64,000 bases of DNA from an uncultured bacterium. Lineage in GTDB: Bacteria > Fermentibacterota > Fermentibacteria > Fermentibacterales > JCC-6. Of this stretch, positions 44,123 to 55,321 are shown one piece after another. Every line of letters begins with the position of its first letter. The first letter of the stretch is position 1. Below the pieces are notes generated by a model. It ran no database searches. It saw only the letters and a program-made list of their open reading frames with translations, and was not told the origin of the DNA. Location: contig CBDVBK010000006.1 in NCBI GenBank assembly GCA_965372215.1, forward strand, positions 1,647 through 65,646, given 5' to 3'. The translations under genes and the position numbers were made by a program.

Positions 44123-44835
44123 GATGATTCTCCAGAGTCAATATGTTCTTCCGTATTTCTTCTGAGAATTGCCTGATTAAAGAATCTCATGTCCACCTGT
44201 TCCCATTTACCAAGATCTGAGATAGAGGCTTCTAGAAGACAATAATCCCTCCATCTCCCGGACAGATTATCAATTCCAAGGAGAACCTCACACCGATCGC
44301 TCAAGAAGACTGATAAACCCTCATCGGAATAGCGAAATACAAGATTGTCATATTTAAATTCCACGTTCTCAAACCATTCAGCGAGACTGGCAGAAACTGA
44401 AGTATTTATATTAGATACAGCATCAACGACAGGAATTGTATCTGTCAGGAAATTAGCGGGAAGATGCTCTCCTGATGATGAAATTGCTATCGTACCAGTG
44501 GAATCACTTACAGCAAATACGGGTTCAGCCAGTTCGATCCGCAGAACCAACCCGTTCAACAGTTCCAGACTGACTGCAGCAGCATCTATTCCGGGGATAT
44601 CTTCAAGATGATCTTGAACCTCTTCAAGATCGATCTGCCAGATGGATATACCGAACAGAGGTTCAACTGCATGGCTCACTGCTGATGAATCAGATTGTCG
44701 TATCCCCCGTATTCGCACTGTAGCAAGGTCGAATGCCCCCCCCCTTTCGAACCATCTGTATGCCATCGCAAGCGCGAATGCGATAATACTGGATAATAGA
44801 AGTATCCAGATGATTTGTCTGCGCCGCACGATCAT
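44119..44835 (-). CDS. ftsQ: Cell division protein FtsQ (POTRA domain)
   Basis: N-terminal TM, then a POTRA-like V.IRG segment. Synteny murC-ftsQ-ftsA. Confidence 0.75.
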   Translation of the reverse strand: MIVRRRQIIWILLLSSIIAFALAMAYRWFERGGAFDLATVRIRGIRQSDSSAVSHAVEPLFGISIWQIDLEEVQDHLEDIPGIDAAAVSLELLNGLVLRIELAEPVFAVSDSTGTIAISSSGEHLPANFLTDTIPVVDAVSNINTSVSASLAEWFENVEFKYDNLVFRYSDEGLSVFLSDRCEVLLGIDNLSGRWRDYCLLEASISDLGKWEQVDMRFFNQAILRRNTEEHIDSGESS

Positions 44836-46154
44836 TCCCCACCTCTGACAATTCTTCTAGCATATTGATCCACACTTCCAGCACCCATGAAAACAATCAC
44901 ATCGACCTGTTTATCTGAAAGAAGAGATCTCAGTTCTTCGTGGACGCATGCATCACTGATTCCACCTGCTCTTCTGACAGCATCAACGATAAGGGAGCTG
45001 TCCACACCCTCAATCGGTTTCTCCCGCGCTGGATAAACCGGAAGAATCAGACTCCAGTCTGCCAATGAGAGAGCACGTCCCATCTCTTCTGAATGCGCAG
45101 CAGTCCTTGAATAGAGATGAGGTTGAAACACAACACAGATTTTTCCATTTGAAACCTGAGATACTCCCTGAAGAGCTGCTCTTATCTCATCATGATGATG
45201 TGCGTAATCAGAAAGCACGATCGCTGATCCGAATTCCCCTATTTTTTCAAGCCGCCGTGATACTCCCGGGAAATTCCTGAGAGCCCTGATGGAGTCAGCA
45301 ACGTCAACTCCAACAGTGGAAGCAAGAGCAATAGCTGTTTCCGCGTTGCGGAGATTGTGCTCGCCTGGAACTGGAAGTATTCCGGTGATATCAGCTATCT
45401 GATATTCCTGTTCCCATGAATCAACTCTGATACACTTGCAGAAGATGTCACCCTTAGTTCCTGTTGTGATTACCGCTCGCCCGATCCGCTCAGCCCACCT
45501 GGCAAGATCTCTGTTTTTATAAGGAACGATTACCGTCCCGCCCGGACGGGTCATTTCAAGAAAAATACCAAATGCGACTGACAGAGCTTCAGGAGTGCCA
45601 TAGCATTCAAGATGTTCTATTGCAAAACATGTTATCGCAGCGGACATGGGGCGAAGATGAAGGAAAGCTCTGTCGTATTCATCCGCTTCAACTACTGTCA
45701 GATCAGAACCGGAACGGAAATTGCCATTCCATTCCGAAACCTGCCCTCCAAGCATTACAGTCGGATTCAAATCTGTCTCCTGCAATATCCAGCCAGTCAT
45801 GGCAGTAGTAGTTGTTTTCCCGTGGGCACCCGCCACAGCGAGCAGAACCGTATTGTTTGCCAGTTCTGCAAGTGCTTCACCACGCCTGAGAACTTTAATG
45901 CCTTTTTTCAGAGAGTGAACAATTTCCGGATGATCAGGCGGTATGGCTGCACTGAATACAACCTCTTCCACATCTCTGATATGATCAGGATCGTGTCCTT
46001 CAAATACTCGAATCCCCTTTGCTCCGAGATCGGAACAGTTCTTACCAGGATCCCTGTCACAACCGGTAACGACATATCCTCTGCTTCTGTACCAGAGAGC
46101 CAGAGAGCTCATTCCGCTTCCGCAGATACCGATCAGATGTACACTTCGAACCAT
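44832..46154 (-). CDS. murC: UDP-N-acetylmuramate--L-alanine ligase
   Basis: HLIGICGSGMSSLA and GAHGKTTTT motifs. ORF extends to 46181; the ATG at 46154 gives the canonical N-terminus. Confidence 0.9.
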   Translation of the reverse strand: MVRSVHLIGICGSGMSSLALWYRSRGYVVTGCDRDPGKNCSDLGAKGIRVFEGHDPDHIRDVEEVVFSAAIPPDHPEIVHSLKKGIKVLRRGEALAELANNTVLLAVAGAHGKTTTTAMTGWILQETDLNPTVMLGGQVSEWNGNFRSGSDLTVVEADEYDRAFLHLRPMSAAITCFAIEHLECYGTPEALSVAFGIFLEMTRPGGTVIVPYKNRDLARWAERIGRAVITTGTKGDIFCKCIRVDSWEQEYQIADITGILPVPGEHNLRNAETAIALASTVGVDVADSIRALRNFPGVSRRLEKIGEFGSAIVLSDYAHHHDEIRAALQGVSQVSNGKICVVFQPHLYSRTAAHSEEMGRALSLADWSLILPVYPAREKPIEGVDSSLIVDAVRRAGGISDACVHEELRSLLSDKQVDVIVFMGAGSVDQYARRIVRGGE

Positions 46155-46158
46155 CGTA

Positions 46159-47229
46159 TCAACTTCCCTCGGACAACGCAAGAATATTCCCTGCGATAAC
46201 TTTCGCTGGATTCACCGGCATCATCTCCGCAAGTGCGATTTTCATTTTGTCCATTTCAGGAGTATTCTCCAGTAATTCGATAACCATCTTCCACAAAGCC
46301 TCAGATTCCAGCCCGTCCTGATCTATTTCAATTGCGCCACCCTTTTGAACGATAGATGCAGCGTTCCATTTCTGGTGATTATCTGCAGCGTATGGGTACG
46401 GAATGTAGATTGAGGGAATTCTGAACCAGGATAGTTCAGCTGTTGTCATGGCTCCTGAACGTGCCACAGCAATATCAGCAGCAGAATAAAGCAGAGCAGG
46501 ATTATCAATAAAATCAACCACTGTAATTCTGTTGTTTCCCCTTGATTCGAGTACTACCCTTTCTTTATCTCTGGAACCACACTGAAGAAGGGAGTGAACT
46601 CCTTCAGGAACCTGCAACGCTATATCATTAATTGCTTTTGCTCCCTGGCTTCCACCAAGGAACAGGATAACGGTACGGTCAGGAGGAATTCCAAGTTGAC
46701 TTTGTGCCTCTCTTTTTTCAATCCTTTCGAGTGTTGATCTTACGGGATTCCCGGTTAGAACCACAGTCTTCTTCTTGAATCGTGATGAAGCTGATTCAAA
46801 TCCGATAAGAACTTTATTCGCGAGTGTCGCTGCAAGTCTGTTTGCCAGTCCCGGAATGCTGTTGGACTCGTGAATCAGTGAAGGTATACCCAGTGATCTG
46901 GCAGCAACAATAGGAAAGAAAGAAGAGTATCCTCCAGTGGAGAATAAAACAGATGAATCAAGTTCACGAAGAAGCCTGCGGGCTCTGAAAAACGATCCGA
47001 TCGCCCTGATCGGAAAAAGAAGCTTATCTGAGAATCCTCTGTCTATTCTTGGTGGGTCAAGTGTATGAACCATGTTTTCAAATCGTTCGTACATCCTTTT
47101 GTCAACCGGTCTTGGAGTCGCAATGAAATCCACAGTGGCACCTGGAAACTCTTCAAGGATAATTTCAGCAACAGCAATTGCAGGACTGATATGCCCCCCT
47201 GTTCCTCCACCAGCTATGGCGATTTTCAT
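46159..47229 (-). CDS. murG: UDP-N-acetylglucosamine--N-acetylmuramyl-(pentapeptide)-pyrophosphoryl-undecaprenol GlcNAc transferase
   Basis: MKIAIAGGGTGGHISPAIAV N-terminus; synteny. Confidence 0.9.
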   Translation of the reverse strand: MKIAIAGGGTGGHISPAIAVAEIILEEFPGATVDFIATPRPVDKRMYERFENMVHTLDPPRIDRGFSDKLLFPIRAIGSFFRARRLLRELDSSVLFSTGGYSSFFPIVAARSLGIPSLIHESNSIPGLANRLAATLANKVLIGFESASSRFKKKTVVLTGNPVRSTLERIEKREAQSQLGIPPDRTVILFLGGSQGAKAINDIALQVPEGVHSLLQCGSRDKERVVLESRGNNRITVVDFIDNPALLYSAADIAVARSGAMTTAELSWFRIPSIYIPYPYAADNHQKWNAASIVQKGGAIEIDQDGLESEALWKMVIELLENTPEMDKMKIALAEMMPVNPAKVIAGNILALSEGS

Positions 47230-48344
47230 TTTTTCCCTCTTTCAACGGCTACTCTGGATACGATTCCGAGACTACCAATAGTTATCAGAAGATTGGAGCC
47301 ACCCCATGAGACAAGCGGAAGGGGCATACCTGTGGAGGGAATCATCCTGGTCACAACAGCAATATGAACGAACATCCCAACCGCAATTGACGCTATCAAC
47401 CCGCCGACAACAAGATAGCCAAAAAGGTAATCTGCGCTATCAGCGATTATCCATCCTGATGTCAGGAGCAGAAACAAAAGGATCAGTATTAATATGACAC
47501 CGGCAAATCCTGTTTCCTCCCCAATAATTGCCAGTATGTAGTCAGAAAATGCTTCAGGAAGAAATCCTCTCTGCTGACGTCCCCTTCCAATTCCCCTGCC
47601 CATTATCCCGCCACTCCCCAGAGCAATAACGGCCTGTTCAGGCTGGTAAACAGAAGCCTCTGTAGCATCCCCTGGTGAAAACCAGCTTTTTAGTCTCTCT
47701 CTTCGATATTCCGACGAGAAAGCAACTACTGAAGCGAGAGCAATCATCAGGAGGAAAAGTATCAGCATATCTCTGAATCGCGCTTCAGCCAGGAAAAGTA
47801 CTACAACCATCATGATAAGGATGTACATTGCGCCAGCGAAATCAGGTTGTAGAGAAACCAGGGCAGCTGGAAGGATTGCGAGGAATGCTAGCTTTATAAC
47901 ACCTATGCCGCTCCGTGCACGAATGATACCATCGGAAACCAGTGATGCGGCAAGCAGTATATAGGAAATTCTTGCGATTTCGGACGGCATGATGCGGAAT
48001 CCCCAGGAAACAACCCACCTGGCAGATCCATTGATAATGGGAGCCCAGTGTGAGCCTTTAAGTATGAGCAGAATCAGGAGCAATACAACAGATCCCGAAT
48101 ACAGGATTGGAGATAGCTTCTTCAATTTATCCGAAGGCACTGACCAGGCGATAAGACCTACCAGAACTCCAATAAACACTTTCTTGATATGTTGAAACAG
48201 GAAGATTGTGCCGGAGTCTGAATCTGTAATCATCAGAGATTTGAATGAACTTGCCGTAAACACAGCCAGAGTTCCCAGGAGAAGAAGAAAGCCGGCTGTT
48301 ATCAGCATAACGTTTCTCGCTCTTACGGCTTTAATGTTTTTCAC
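47226..48344 (-). CDS. ftsW: SEDS-family peptidoglycan glycosyltransferase FtsW
   Basis: Polytopic membrane protein with SEDS motifs (LQPDFAG, FSDYILAIIGEE, PLPLVSWGGS); synteny. Confidence 0.85.
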   Translation of the reverse strand: MKNIKAVRARNVMLITAGFLLLLGTLAVFTASSFKSLMITDSDSGTIFLFQHIKKVFIGVLVGLIAWSVPSDKLKKLSPILYSGSVVLLLILLILKGSHWAPIINGSARWVVSWGFRIMPSEIARISYILLAASLVSDGIIRARSGIGVIKLAFLAILPAALVSLQPDFAGAMYILIMMVVVLFLAEARFRDMLILFLLMIALASVVAFSSEYRRERLKSWFSPGDATEASVYQPEQAVIALGSGGIMGRGIGRGRQQRGFLPEAFSDYILAIIGEETGFAGVILILILLFLLLTSGWIIADSADYLFGYLVVGGLIASIAVGMFVHIAVVTRMIPSTGMPLPLVSWGGSNLLITIGSLGIVSRVAVERGKK

Positions 48345-49678
48345 TCAAGCCCCTCCACAAGGTCTCTGAAATGCTCTCCACGCTCTTCAAAATTCCTGTA
48401 CTGATCGAAGCTGGCGCAACCCGGTGAAAGAAGCACAACATCACCTTCATCTGCAATGATTCTCGCTCTGGCAATTGCACTTTCCATAATTTCCTCAACG
48501 AATATTTCAGCAGAGCCAGCCCACACTTCCTCAAGTTCAGCAGCATCTTCTCCTATGAGTATCAGAGCTTTAACACGGTCACTGATAAGCTTTCCCAGTT
48601 CTCTGTAATCAGCCTTCTTGGCCTGACCACCTGCAATGAGAATTATGGGATTATCAAAGCTCTTCAATGCGACCAGGAGTGAGTCAGGATTAGTAGATTT
48701 GGAGTCATTCACATATTCGACATCATTGACTATTCTTACACGCTCAATTCGATGAGGAACTCCCGGGAAAGTAGTCAGACCATTAATCATCTCACCGGCT
48801 TCCAATCCTGCTTTCTTTGCCAGACATGCAACAGCAAGAGCATTGGCAAGGTTATGGGCGCCGGGAAGAGATATCTTTCTGGTATCCAATACAAACCGTT
48901 CCTCATCAGATCTTGCAAGGAAGAGTGAATTGCCTTCAATGAAAGCACCATCCCGAACACTTTTTCCAATTCCGAAGAACCATTCCAGACCCATTGTCCT
49001 GCCGGCAAGCGGTACAGAACCAGGATCATCTCTGTTAAGCACAAGGACATCAGTATCATGCTGGTTCATGAAAATCCCGGCCTTGGCGTTCCTGTAGCTT
49101 TCAATATCACCATGTCGCTGAAGATGATCGGGAGTAACATTAAGTATGGCTGCGGCAAACGGACGGAATATCTCGATTGTCTGCAGCTGGTAACTGCTTA
49201 CTTCAACTACGAAGAAGTCAGCATCGCTGTTTTCCAGCACAGCAGTACTGAATGGATATCCCGTATTCCCCGCAACACAGGCATTCATTCCTGCCTTGCG
49301 AAGAGTGTATCCAAGCCATTCGGCAGTAGTCGTTTTTCCGTTTGAACCTGTTATTGCGATCACCGGGATCTCAGTATGACGAAAGGCCAGTTCGATCTCT
49401 CCGATTACTGGCAGCCCCAGCCCGCTTGCTCTTACGGGGACTTCTGATTCAGGGCTGACACCAGGGCTGATAACGAGCCCATCAAGGGATTCAAGACAGT
49501 TGATAATCCTGCTGCCTGTAATAATCCTGTCACAGGCTGAACAGGGTTCAATATCAGAGCGATCATCAAGTCCGGTGACGGAAAATCCTCTGCTTTTCAG
49601 AAGCGCTGCTGCAGCCCTGCCGCTAAGTCCGAGGCCAAGTACTCCTGCATTTCGACCACCGTCAGTCCAGTATCCCAT
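48341..49678 (-). CDS. murD: UDP-N-acetylmuramoylalanine--D-glutamate ligase
   Basis: GLGLSGRAAA N-terminus and GSNGKTTT P-loop; synteny. Confidence 0.9.
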   Translation of the reverse strand: MGYWTDGGRNAGVLGLGLSGRAAAALLKSRGFSVTGLDDRSDIEPCSACDRIITGSRIINCLESLDGLVISPGVSPESEVPVRASGLGLPVIGEIELAFRHTEIPVIAITGSNGKTTTAEWLGYTLRKAGMNACVAGNTGYPFSTAVLENSDADFFVVEVSSYQLQTIEIFRPFAAAILNVTPDHLQRHGDIESYRNAKAGIFMNQHDTDVLVLNRDDPGSVPLAGRTMGLEWFFGIGKSVRDGAFIEGNSLFLARSDEERFVLDTRKISLPGAHNLANALAVACLAKKAGLEAGEMINGLTTFPGVPHRIERVRIVNDVEYVNDSKSTNPDSLLVALKSFDNPIILIAGGQAKKADYRELGKLISDRVKALILIGEDAAELEEVWAGSAEIFVEEIMESAIARARIIADEGDVVLLSPGCASFDQYRNFEERGEHFRDLVEGLE

Positions 49679-49681
49679 GTA

Positions 49682-50842
49682 TCACCTTATCTTCAATGTA
49701 GTAAGACCCAGAAGCCCCAGTATCGCAGCAATTATCCAGAATCGGACGACAACTTTGCTTTCCATCCATCCGAGCAGTTCAAAATGGTGATGAACAGGCG
49801 CCATTCTAAAAACACGTTTACCCGTCCGTTTGAACCAGCTGACCTGTATTACCACGCTCAACACTTCCGCAACAAAGACTCCGCCAACCAGGAAAAGAAG
49901 CAATTCGTTTTTCGTGACAATGGCCATTGACCCTATGGCTCCACCGAGAGCCAGAGAGCCGGTATCTCCCATAAAAACAGATGCTGGAGGAGCATTGAAC
50001 CACAGAAAACCAAGGCATGCTCCCGCCATTGCTCCTGCGAATACTGAAACTTCACCAACACCGGGCAGGTAGGAAAACTGCAGGTAATCAGCAAATCTGA
50101 TATGTCCCAGCAGGTAAGCCATCACACCGAAAGCAATGATGGAAACAAGACTCACTCCGGTAGCCAGACCATCAAGCCCGTCTGTCAGATTGACGGCATT
50201 AGCGCTCCCCGCCAGAACCAGAGCAACAAACAGGATGTACCAGATTCCCAGATCTATCCTTGTTTCCTTCAGAAATGGAACAGTTGTCTCGGTAGGGGTT
50301 ATGTCTATTTCATCTTTCGATTCAAGATCAATTGTGCGAATAGAAGGAACAATCGATGGATAAGAAGGCTGATCTCCCGGAATTGCAGGGCTGAAGCAAA
50401 GCCATGCGCCAAGTGCAATGCCAAGTGCAAACTGACCTATGAGTTTGTACTTCCCGATCAGGCCTTTTGAACAGTGCCTGACTACTTTCAGGTAATCATC
50501 CAGTAAACCGATTAAACCCATCCATATTGTTGAGATCAGAACAACCATGAGTGCTCTGTTTCCAAGTACGCCCCAGAGGAGAACCGGTATCAGTACTGAC
50601 ATGAGTATGAGAAGTCCTCCCATTGTGGGAGTACCCCGCTTTTTTAAGTGACTTTCCGGACCGTCATCGCGAACAGTCTGACCTATCTGATGTCTTTTCA
50701 GAAACCTTATTACAGCAGGTCCTGCCACAAACGCAATTATCAATGCTGTTACAGTGGCTCCTGCAGCCCGGAATGTAATGTACCCGAAGAGGTTAAAGAG
50801 CGTAATGGAATCTCTCAGGGGGTATAGAATCCAGTATAACAT
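49682..50842 (-). CDS. mraY: Phospho-N-acetylmuramoyl-pentapeptide transferase
   Basis: KKRGTPTMGG, NAVNLTDGLDGL and HHHFE motifs. Confidence 0.95.
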   Translation of the reverse strand: MLYWILYPLRDSITLFNLFGYITFRAAGATVTALIIAFVAGPAVIRFLKRHQIGQTVRDDGPESHLKKRGTPTMGGLLILMSVLIPVLLWGVLGNRALMVVLISTIWMGLIGLLDDYLKVVRHCSKGLIGKYKLIGQFALGIALGAWLCFSPAIPGDQPSYPSIVPSIRTIDLESKDEIDITPTETTVPFLKETRIDLGIWYILFVALVLAGSANAVNLTDGLDGLATGVSLVSIIAFGVMAYLLGHIRFADYLQFSYLPGVGEVSVFAGAMAGACLGFLWFNAPPASVFMGDTGSLALGGAIGSMAIVTKNELLLFLVGGVFVAEVLSVVIQVSWFKRTGKRVFRMAPVHHHFELLGWMESKVVVRFWIIAAILGLLGLTTLKIR

Positions 50843-52155
50843 CAGCTGCCCTCCTCCATGAGCCGTACAAGCTCACTGAGCCTGACGGAGTTGGATCCTT
50901 TTACAAGTACAGTGCTTCCAGGCGTAACAATCTGCCGTAGTATTGAAAGTGCTTCAAACCAGTCTTCAGCGCAAAATACGTCTGTGTGAACAACGGTGTT
51001 CTTAACGGAATTGTACAGATCACCTGTAAGGATCAGGAATTTCAATCCAAGGGAATCGGCTGTCTCAAGCACCTGACGGTGGAGCTCCTGAGCCCTTTCT
51101 CCAAGCTCACACATATCTCCAAGAACGGCAGCACGATCTCCCGTTATGCTTTCCAGCACCTTAAGACACGCTCTGGTTGAATCAGGATTTGCATTGTAAC
51201 TCTCGTCCAGAATCGTTACATCTCCCGCTTCAACAACTTTTCCTCTTCCAGCATCCGGAGAAACATTTTCCATTCCTGTAATGGCTGCCTGAGGAGAAAC
51301 ACCAATAACCTCCGCCATCAGTACTGCTGAAACTGCATTTGAAGCATTGTGATCACCCTCAAACTGAAGATCCAGTTTGATATCCCATGGATAAAGCCTG
51401 TAGGAACCATCATCATTTTTATACCATGCATCGCCATTTTCACCGAAGAATTTGATATCCAATCTGCGATCAAGCGCTGCCTTTTTCAGAATGGGCTCAC
51501 CAACCGGTATTACACATGTTCCACCTGGATCTGTTGCCTGAATCAATTCGGCTTTTGCCTTTGCAATGCCTTCCCGTGAAGGAAAATATTCCAGGTGAGC
51601 AAGGCCTACGTTAGTAATCAGGCAATCGGTGGGTAATGCAATACTTCCGAGCAGAGCCAGCTCACCGGCATGATTCATGCCCATTTCGAGGATAATTATT
51701 GAAGGAGGTGGATCGGGAACGTTAAGAATGGTTATTGGAAGACCAAGCTGGTTATTAAGATTCCCGCTTGTGCTGAACACATCAAAAGATGTCCTTAGAG
51801 CAGAGGTAAGTAACTGTCTGGTAATTGTCTTGCCACTTGAACCGGTTATGGCAATTACTCTCGAATCGAGCTGCCGGCGGCGCCATTTCGCTGCATCCAG
51901 CAATGCCTGCTCCACGTTGTCTACAAGGATTATTCCGTTACGTTTCGAACCCCGGGAAACCACTGCATATCCGCCATTCTCGATGACTTCATCGACATAA
52001 AGATGCCCATCGGTTTTCTCCCCCTCCAGGGCAAAGAAAAGACTGCTTTTTCCGGACAGTCGGGAATCGATCATCACGTTCTCAATAGAACCGAAGGATG
52101 TCTCCGGAGAAATCCAGCCTCCGGCTGCACGGGCAATGTCACTTATCCGAATCAT
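50842..52155 (-). CDS. murF: UDP-N-acetylmuramoyl-tripeptide--D-alanyl-D-alanine ligase
   Basis: Mur ligase P-loop GSSGKT; DESYNANP motif; synteny. Confidence 0.9.
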   Translation of the reverse strand: MIRISDIARAAGGWISPETSFGSIENVMIDSRLSGKSSLFFALEGEKTDGHLYVDEVIENGGYAVVSRGSKRNGIILVDNVEQALLDAAKWRRRQLDSRVIAITGSSGKTITRQLLTSALRTSFDVFSTSGNLNNQLGLPITILNVPDPPPSIIILEMGMNHAGELALLGSIALPTDCLITNVGLAHLEYFPSREGIAKAKAELIQATDPGGTCVIPVGEPILKKAALDRRLDIKFFGENGDAWYKNDDGSYRLYPWDIKLDLQFEGDHNASNAVSAVLMAEVIGVSPQAAITGMENVSPDAGRGKVVEAGDVTILDESYNANPDSTRACLKVLESITGDRAAVLGDMCELGERAQELHRQVLETADSLGLKFLILTGDLYNSVKNTVVHTDVFCAEDWFEALSILRQIVTPGSTVLVKGSNSVRLSELVRLMEEGS

Positions 52156-53594
52156 TTGAGGATCTTTCTCAGAGCTGCGAAAGCTTCTTCACGATCATTG
52201 AAATGTATCTTTGTCTTCCCCAGTATCTGGTAATCCTCATGCCCCTTGCCGGCGATAATCACAACATCTCCGGCAACAGCAGTCTGAAGTGCGATTTCAA
52301 TAGCGGTTCTTCTGTCCGGTTCAACAATAAGTCCGTCTCTCGACGAGATACCTCCCAGGATGTCCTGAATAATGAGATCAGGATTCTCAGTACGCGGATT
52401 GTCACTCGTGATCACCAGTATGTCCGCCAGGCTGTCAGCTATCTGTCCCATTAAGGAGCGCTTAGAAACGTCTCTGTCTCCACCGGCACCGAAGACGATT
52501 ATCACCCTGTTTTCTGTGAGTTCTGATGCCTGCTGAAGAATGCGTTTCAACGCATCGGGTGTGTGAGCGTAGTCAACCGCAACCAGGAAATCCTGCCCCA
52601 GTTTAACGGACTCGAATCTTCCAGGAACACCACTGAAATCGCTCATTGATTCCGCAGCTGAGTAAGGATCAAGCCCCAGTGTTACCGCAACAGCAAGAGC
52701 TCCGGCTGCGTTAAAGATATTGAAACGTCCGGGCACATTCATTCGCACTGGAATATTTATTCCATCCAACGATAATTTGAAGGATACCCGTTCGAGCTTA
52801 ACATCAATATCTGAAATCTGAAAAGTATCGTTTTCTCTGATTCCGAAGGTTTCAGATCCATCCAGTAACGGAAATCCGGGAGCATAGGTCCCAATAATTG
52901 CCCTGCCATCCTTTTTCAGCAGATCAAACAGATGCATCTTGCACCGGAGGTATTTCTCCATGGACTTATGGAAATCCAGATGATCCTGGCTGATGTTGGT
53001 GAAAAGCCCAACATCAAATCTTACGGAATCAACTCTGGCCAGAGCGAGAGCATGACTGGATACTTCCATAACACAGCACCTGTCACCTGAAATCACCATC
53101 TGATTCATCATCCTGGAGGTTTCGAGCGCTCCCGGGGTAGTCATCGAAGCGGTGATATCCCTGCCTCCAATCAGATGGCCAACAGTACCCATCAAACCTG
53201 TCTGGAAGCCCTGTTTCTCCAGTATCCAGGCAAGCATCCTTGAAGTGGATGTCTTACCGTTAGTACCTGTAATACCGACTGAAATGAGGTGATCCCAGGG
53301 ATAATCGAAGAACTTCGCTGAAATGTCCGCAAGCAGTTTTCTGTTGTCTCCGGAAGGATTCACAATCACGCGGGAATAGTCTGAAATATCGTGCTCTGTA
53401 ACCACCGCGATAGCACCTCGTTCAAGTGCCTGTCCAATATACTGATGGCCGTCAGTATCAAAACCGGTTACTGCCACGAAAAGAGATCCGGGGGTAACTT
53501 CTCTTGAATCCTCTTCAATGGAAGACACTTCAAGTCCCCTCATCGCATCGGAAACAATGACATCAGTGTTTTCAAGAAGATATTGCAGTCTCAC
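52152..53594 (-). CDS. murE: UDP-N-acetylmuramoyl-L-alanyl-D-glutamate--2,6-diaminopimelate ligase
   Basis: GITGTNGKTST P-loop. A DNPR motif (SDNPRTENP) indicates meso-DAP specificity. Confidence 0.9.
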   Translation of the reverse strand: MRLQYLLENTDVIVSDAMRGLEVSSIEEDSREVTPGSLFVAVTGFDTDGHQYIGQALERGAIAVVTEHDISDYSRVIVNPSGDNRKLLADISAKFFDYPWDHLISVGITGTNGKTSTSRMLAWILEKQGFQTGLMGTVGHLIGGRDITASMTTPGALETSRMMNQMVISGDRCCVMEVSSHALALARVDSVRFDVGLFTNISQDHLDFHKSMEKYLRCKMHLFDLLKKDGRAIIGTYAPGFPLLDGSETFGIRENDTFQISDIDVKLERVSFKLSLDGINIPVRMNVPGRFNIFNAAGALAVAVTLGLDPYSAAESMSDFSGVPGRFESVKLGQDFLVAVDYAHTPDALKRILQQASELTENRVIIVFGAGGDRDVSKRSLMGQIADSLADILVITSDNPRTENPDLIIQDILGGISSRDGLIVEPDRRTAIEIALQTAVAGDVVIIAGKGHEDYQILGKTKIHFNDREEAFAALRKILK

Positions 53595-55321
53595 TCAAAC
53601 ACTCCCGCCATAAGGTCACTTCCGGTAAATCGTCTTCCCAGAGCAAGTTCAGGTTCCACAGCGAGTATTCTTGTTACAATTTCAGAGAATACAGGCGCAG
53701 CTGAAGCGCTGCCCCACCTGTATTCGAAATCAGGATCATCTATGAGTACGGAAACTACCAGACTGGGGTTCTCAGCTGGAATCATTCCAACGAAAGCACT
53801 CAGATAATCACTTTCTCCACTCATTCTCTCAGCAGTTCCGGTTTTACCGGCGACACTCACTCCTGCAACTGACGCGGAAGCTCCGGTTCCTTCCTCTATT
53901 ACTGATCTGAAAGCATGCCTTACGATTGAAGCAGTCTCGCGAGAGACAGGATGTGATCTGACAATTGATTCTTCAGTTACCCATTGATTCGCACTCCACC
54001 TGGCATCAAGAAGTCTTGGGTAGAAGAGTGTTCCTCCATTCGCGATCACGGAGTAAGCCAGAGTCAGTTGAAGCGGTGTTACAGTAACCTCCTGTCCGAT
54101 CGCTATCTGTGCTGCGGAAACTCCGGACCATCCTGAAGATCCCGGAAAGGGCACGATCCCTCGAGACTCTCCCGGATACTCAACCATTGTCAGCGATCCG
54201 AAACCAAATCGTCTGCAGTAGCTGCATAAAGTCGTATCCGCCAGCAGATGTGACAGCAGTATCGTTCCGACATTACTGGAATTGATGATTACCTGTTCAG
54301 CGGTGAGTATTCCGAATATATGCGCATCGGAAATATCCTCGCCGGAGACAGTGATTCGCCCCTCGCTGCAGTCAAAGGTATCACCGAAAGCAATAACACC
54401 TTCTTCAATGCACGCTGCATAAACTACAAGTTTAAAGGTTGAACCAGGCTCATGATAACCCTGAAAGCAGTGATTCATGGCAAGAGACCCGTTGTCTGCC
54501 CGTACTGGTACGCTTCCTGCAGCAAGGATTTCACCGGATAACGGATCAATAACTACAGCGGCTGCCCAGTCGCTGTTATACATTTCCATAGCGCTGTTAA
54601 GTTCCTCCATAACGATGGACTGAAATCTTGAGTCAATGGTGAGCATGATATCCTGCCCGTCCACAGCGGGGATATTATCCGCTTCCGGATCTGTAAGATT
54701 GAATCTGCCGGCTGCACTCTTCTCAATGAAGAGTTCTCCATCCGTACCCTGGAGAGTCGAATTGAACCAGCTCTCAACTCCCTCTGAGCCTTCCATTGTA
54801 TGCCTTCCCACAATACCGGAAGCCATATCACCCATTGGATAGGTTCTCTCCTGCTCGACATTTGCACTCACTCCGGTCGGCAAACCGTCGTTCATAAGGC
54901 TGAACGCAGCCTGAAAAGGAACACTTCCAGCGATAATCTGATTACCGGATTGTCTTTCAAGAGGCTGTTTTAAGCCGGAGCGTGCGTGTTCTCCAAGAAT
55001 GGAGACAAGACTGTCGATGCTTGATTCTGCTCCCCTAGGCACTTCAGGCCAGTAAACCTGAAAAGTAACAACAGCTCTGTTCCCGGCAAGAAGATATCCG
55101 TTCCTATCAAGGATTCTCCCTCTCCTTGCCTCTACATTTATCCGTGTAGTGTGCTGAGAACGCGCTTCGTTCGAGTAATAATCATGATGGACTATCTGGA
55201 TATTGATAAGTCTGCCCGTTATTACAAGAAAACCAATCAGGATAAATACCATCAGCATCTGCAAACGCGCAGAACGTCTATCAGGAGATATTTCACTGCT
55301 CCATACAGACAAACAGCTCAC
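53591..55321 (-). CDS. ftsI: Penicillin-binding protein (FtsI-type transpeptidase)
   Basis: STFK, SSN and KTGTA motifs. The ORF is open to 55444, which would overlap ftsL by ~150 nt. GTG at 55321 or ATG at 55258 are more plausible starts, so the start is uncertain. Confidence 0.8.
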   Translation of the reverse strand: MSCLSVWSSEISPDRRSARLQMLMVFILIGFLVITGRLINIQIVHHDYYSNEARSQHTTRINVEARRGRILDRNGYLLAGNRAVVTFQVYWPEVPRGAESSIDSLVSILGEHARSGLKQPLERQSGNQIIAGSVPFQAAFSLMNDGLPTGVSANVEQERTYPMGDMASGIVGRHTMEGSEGVESWFNSTLQGTDGELFIEKSAAGRFNLTDPEADNIPAVDGQDIMLTIDSRFQSIVMEELNSAMEMYNSDWAAAVVIDPLSGEILAAGSVPVRADNGSLAMNHCFQGYHEPGSTFKLVVYAACIEEGVIAFGDTFDCSEGRITVSGEDISDAHIFGILTAEQVIINSSNVGTILLSHLLADTTLCSYCRRFGFGSLTMVEYPGESRGIVPFPGSSGWSGVSAAQIAIGQEVTVTPLQLTLAYSVIANGGTLFYPRLLDARWSANQWVTEESIVRSHPVSRETASIVRHAFRSVIEEGTGASASVAGVSVAGKTGTAERMSGESDYLSAFVGMIPAENPSLVVSVLIDDPDFEYRWGSASAAPVFSEIVTRILAVEPELALGRRFTGSDLMAGVFE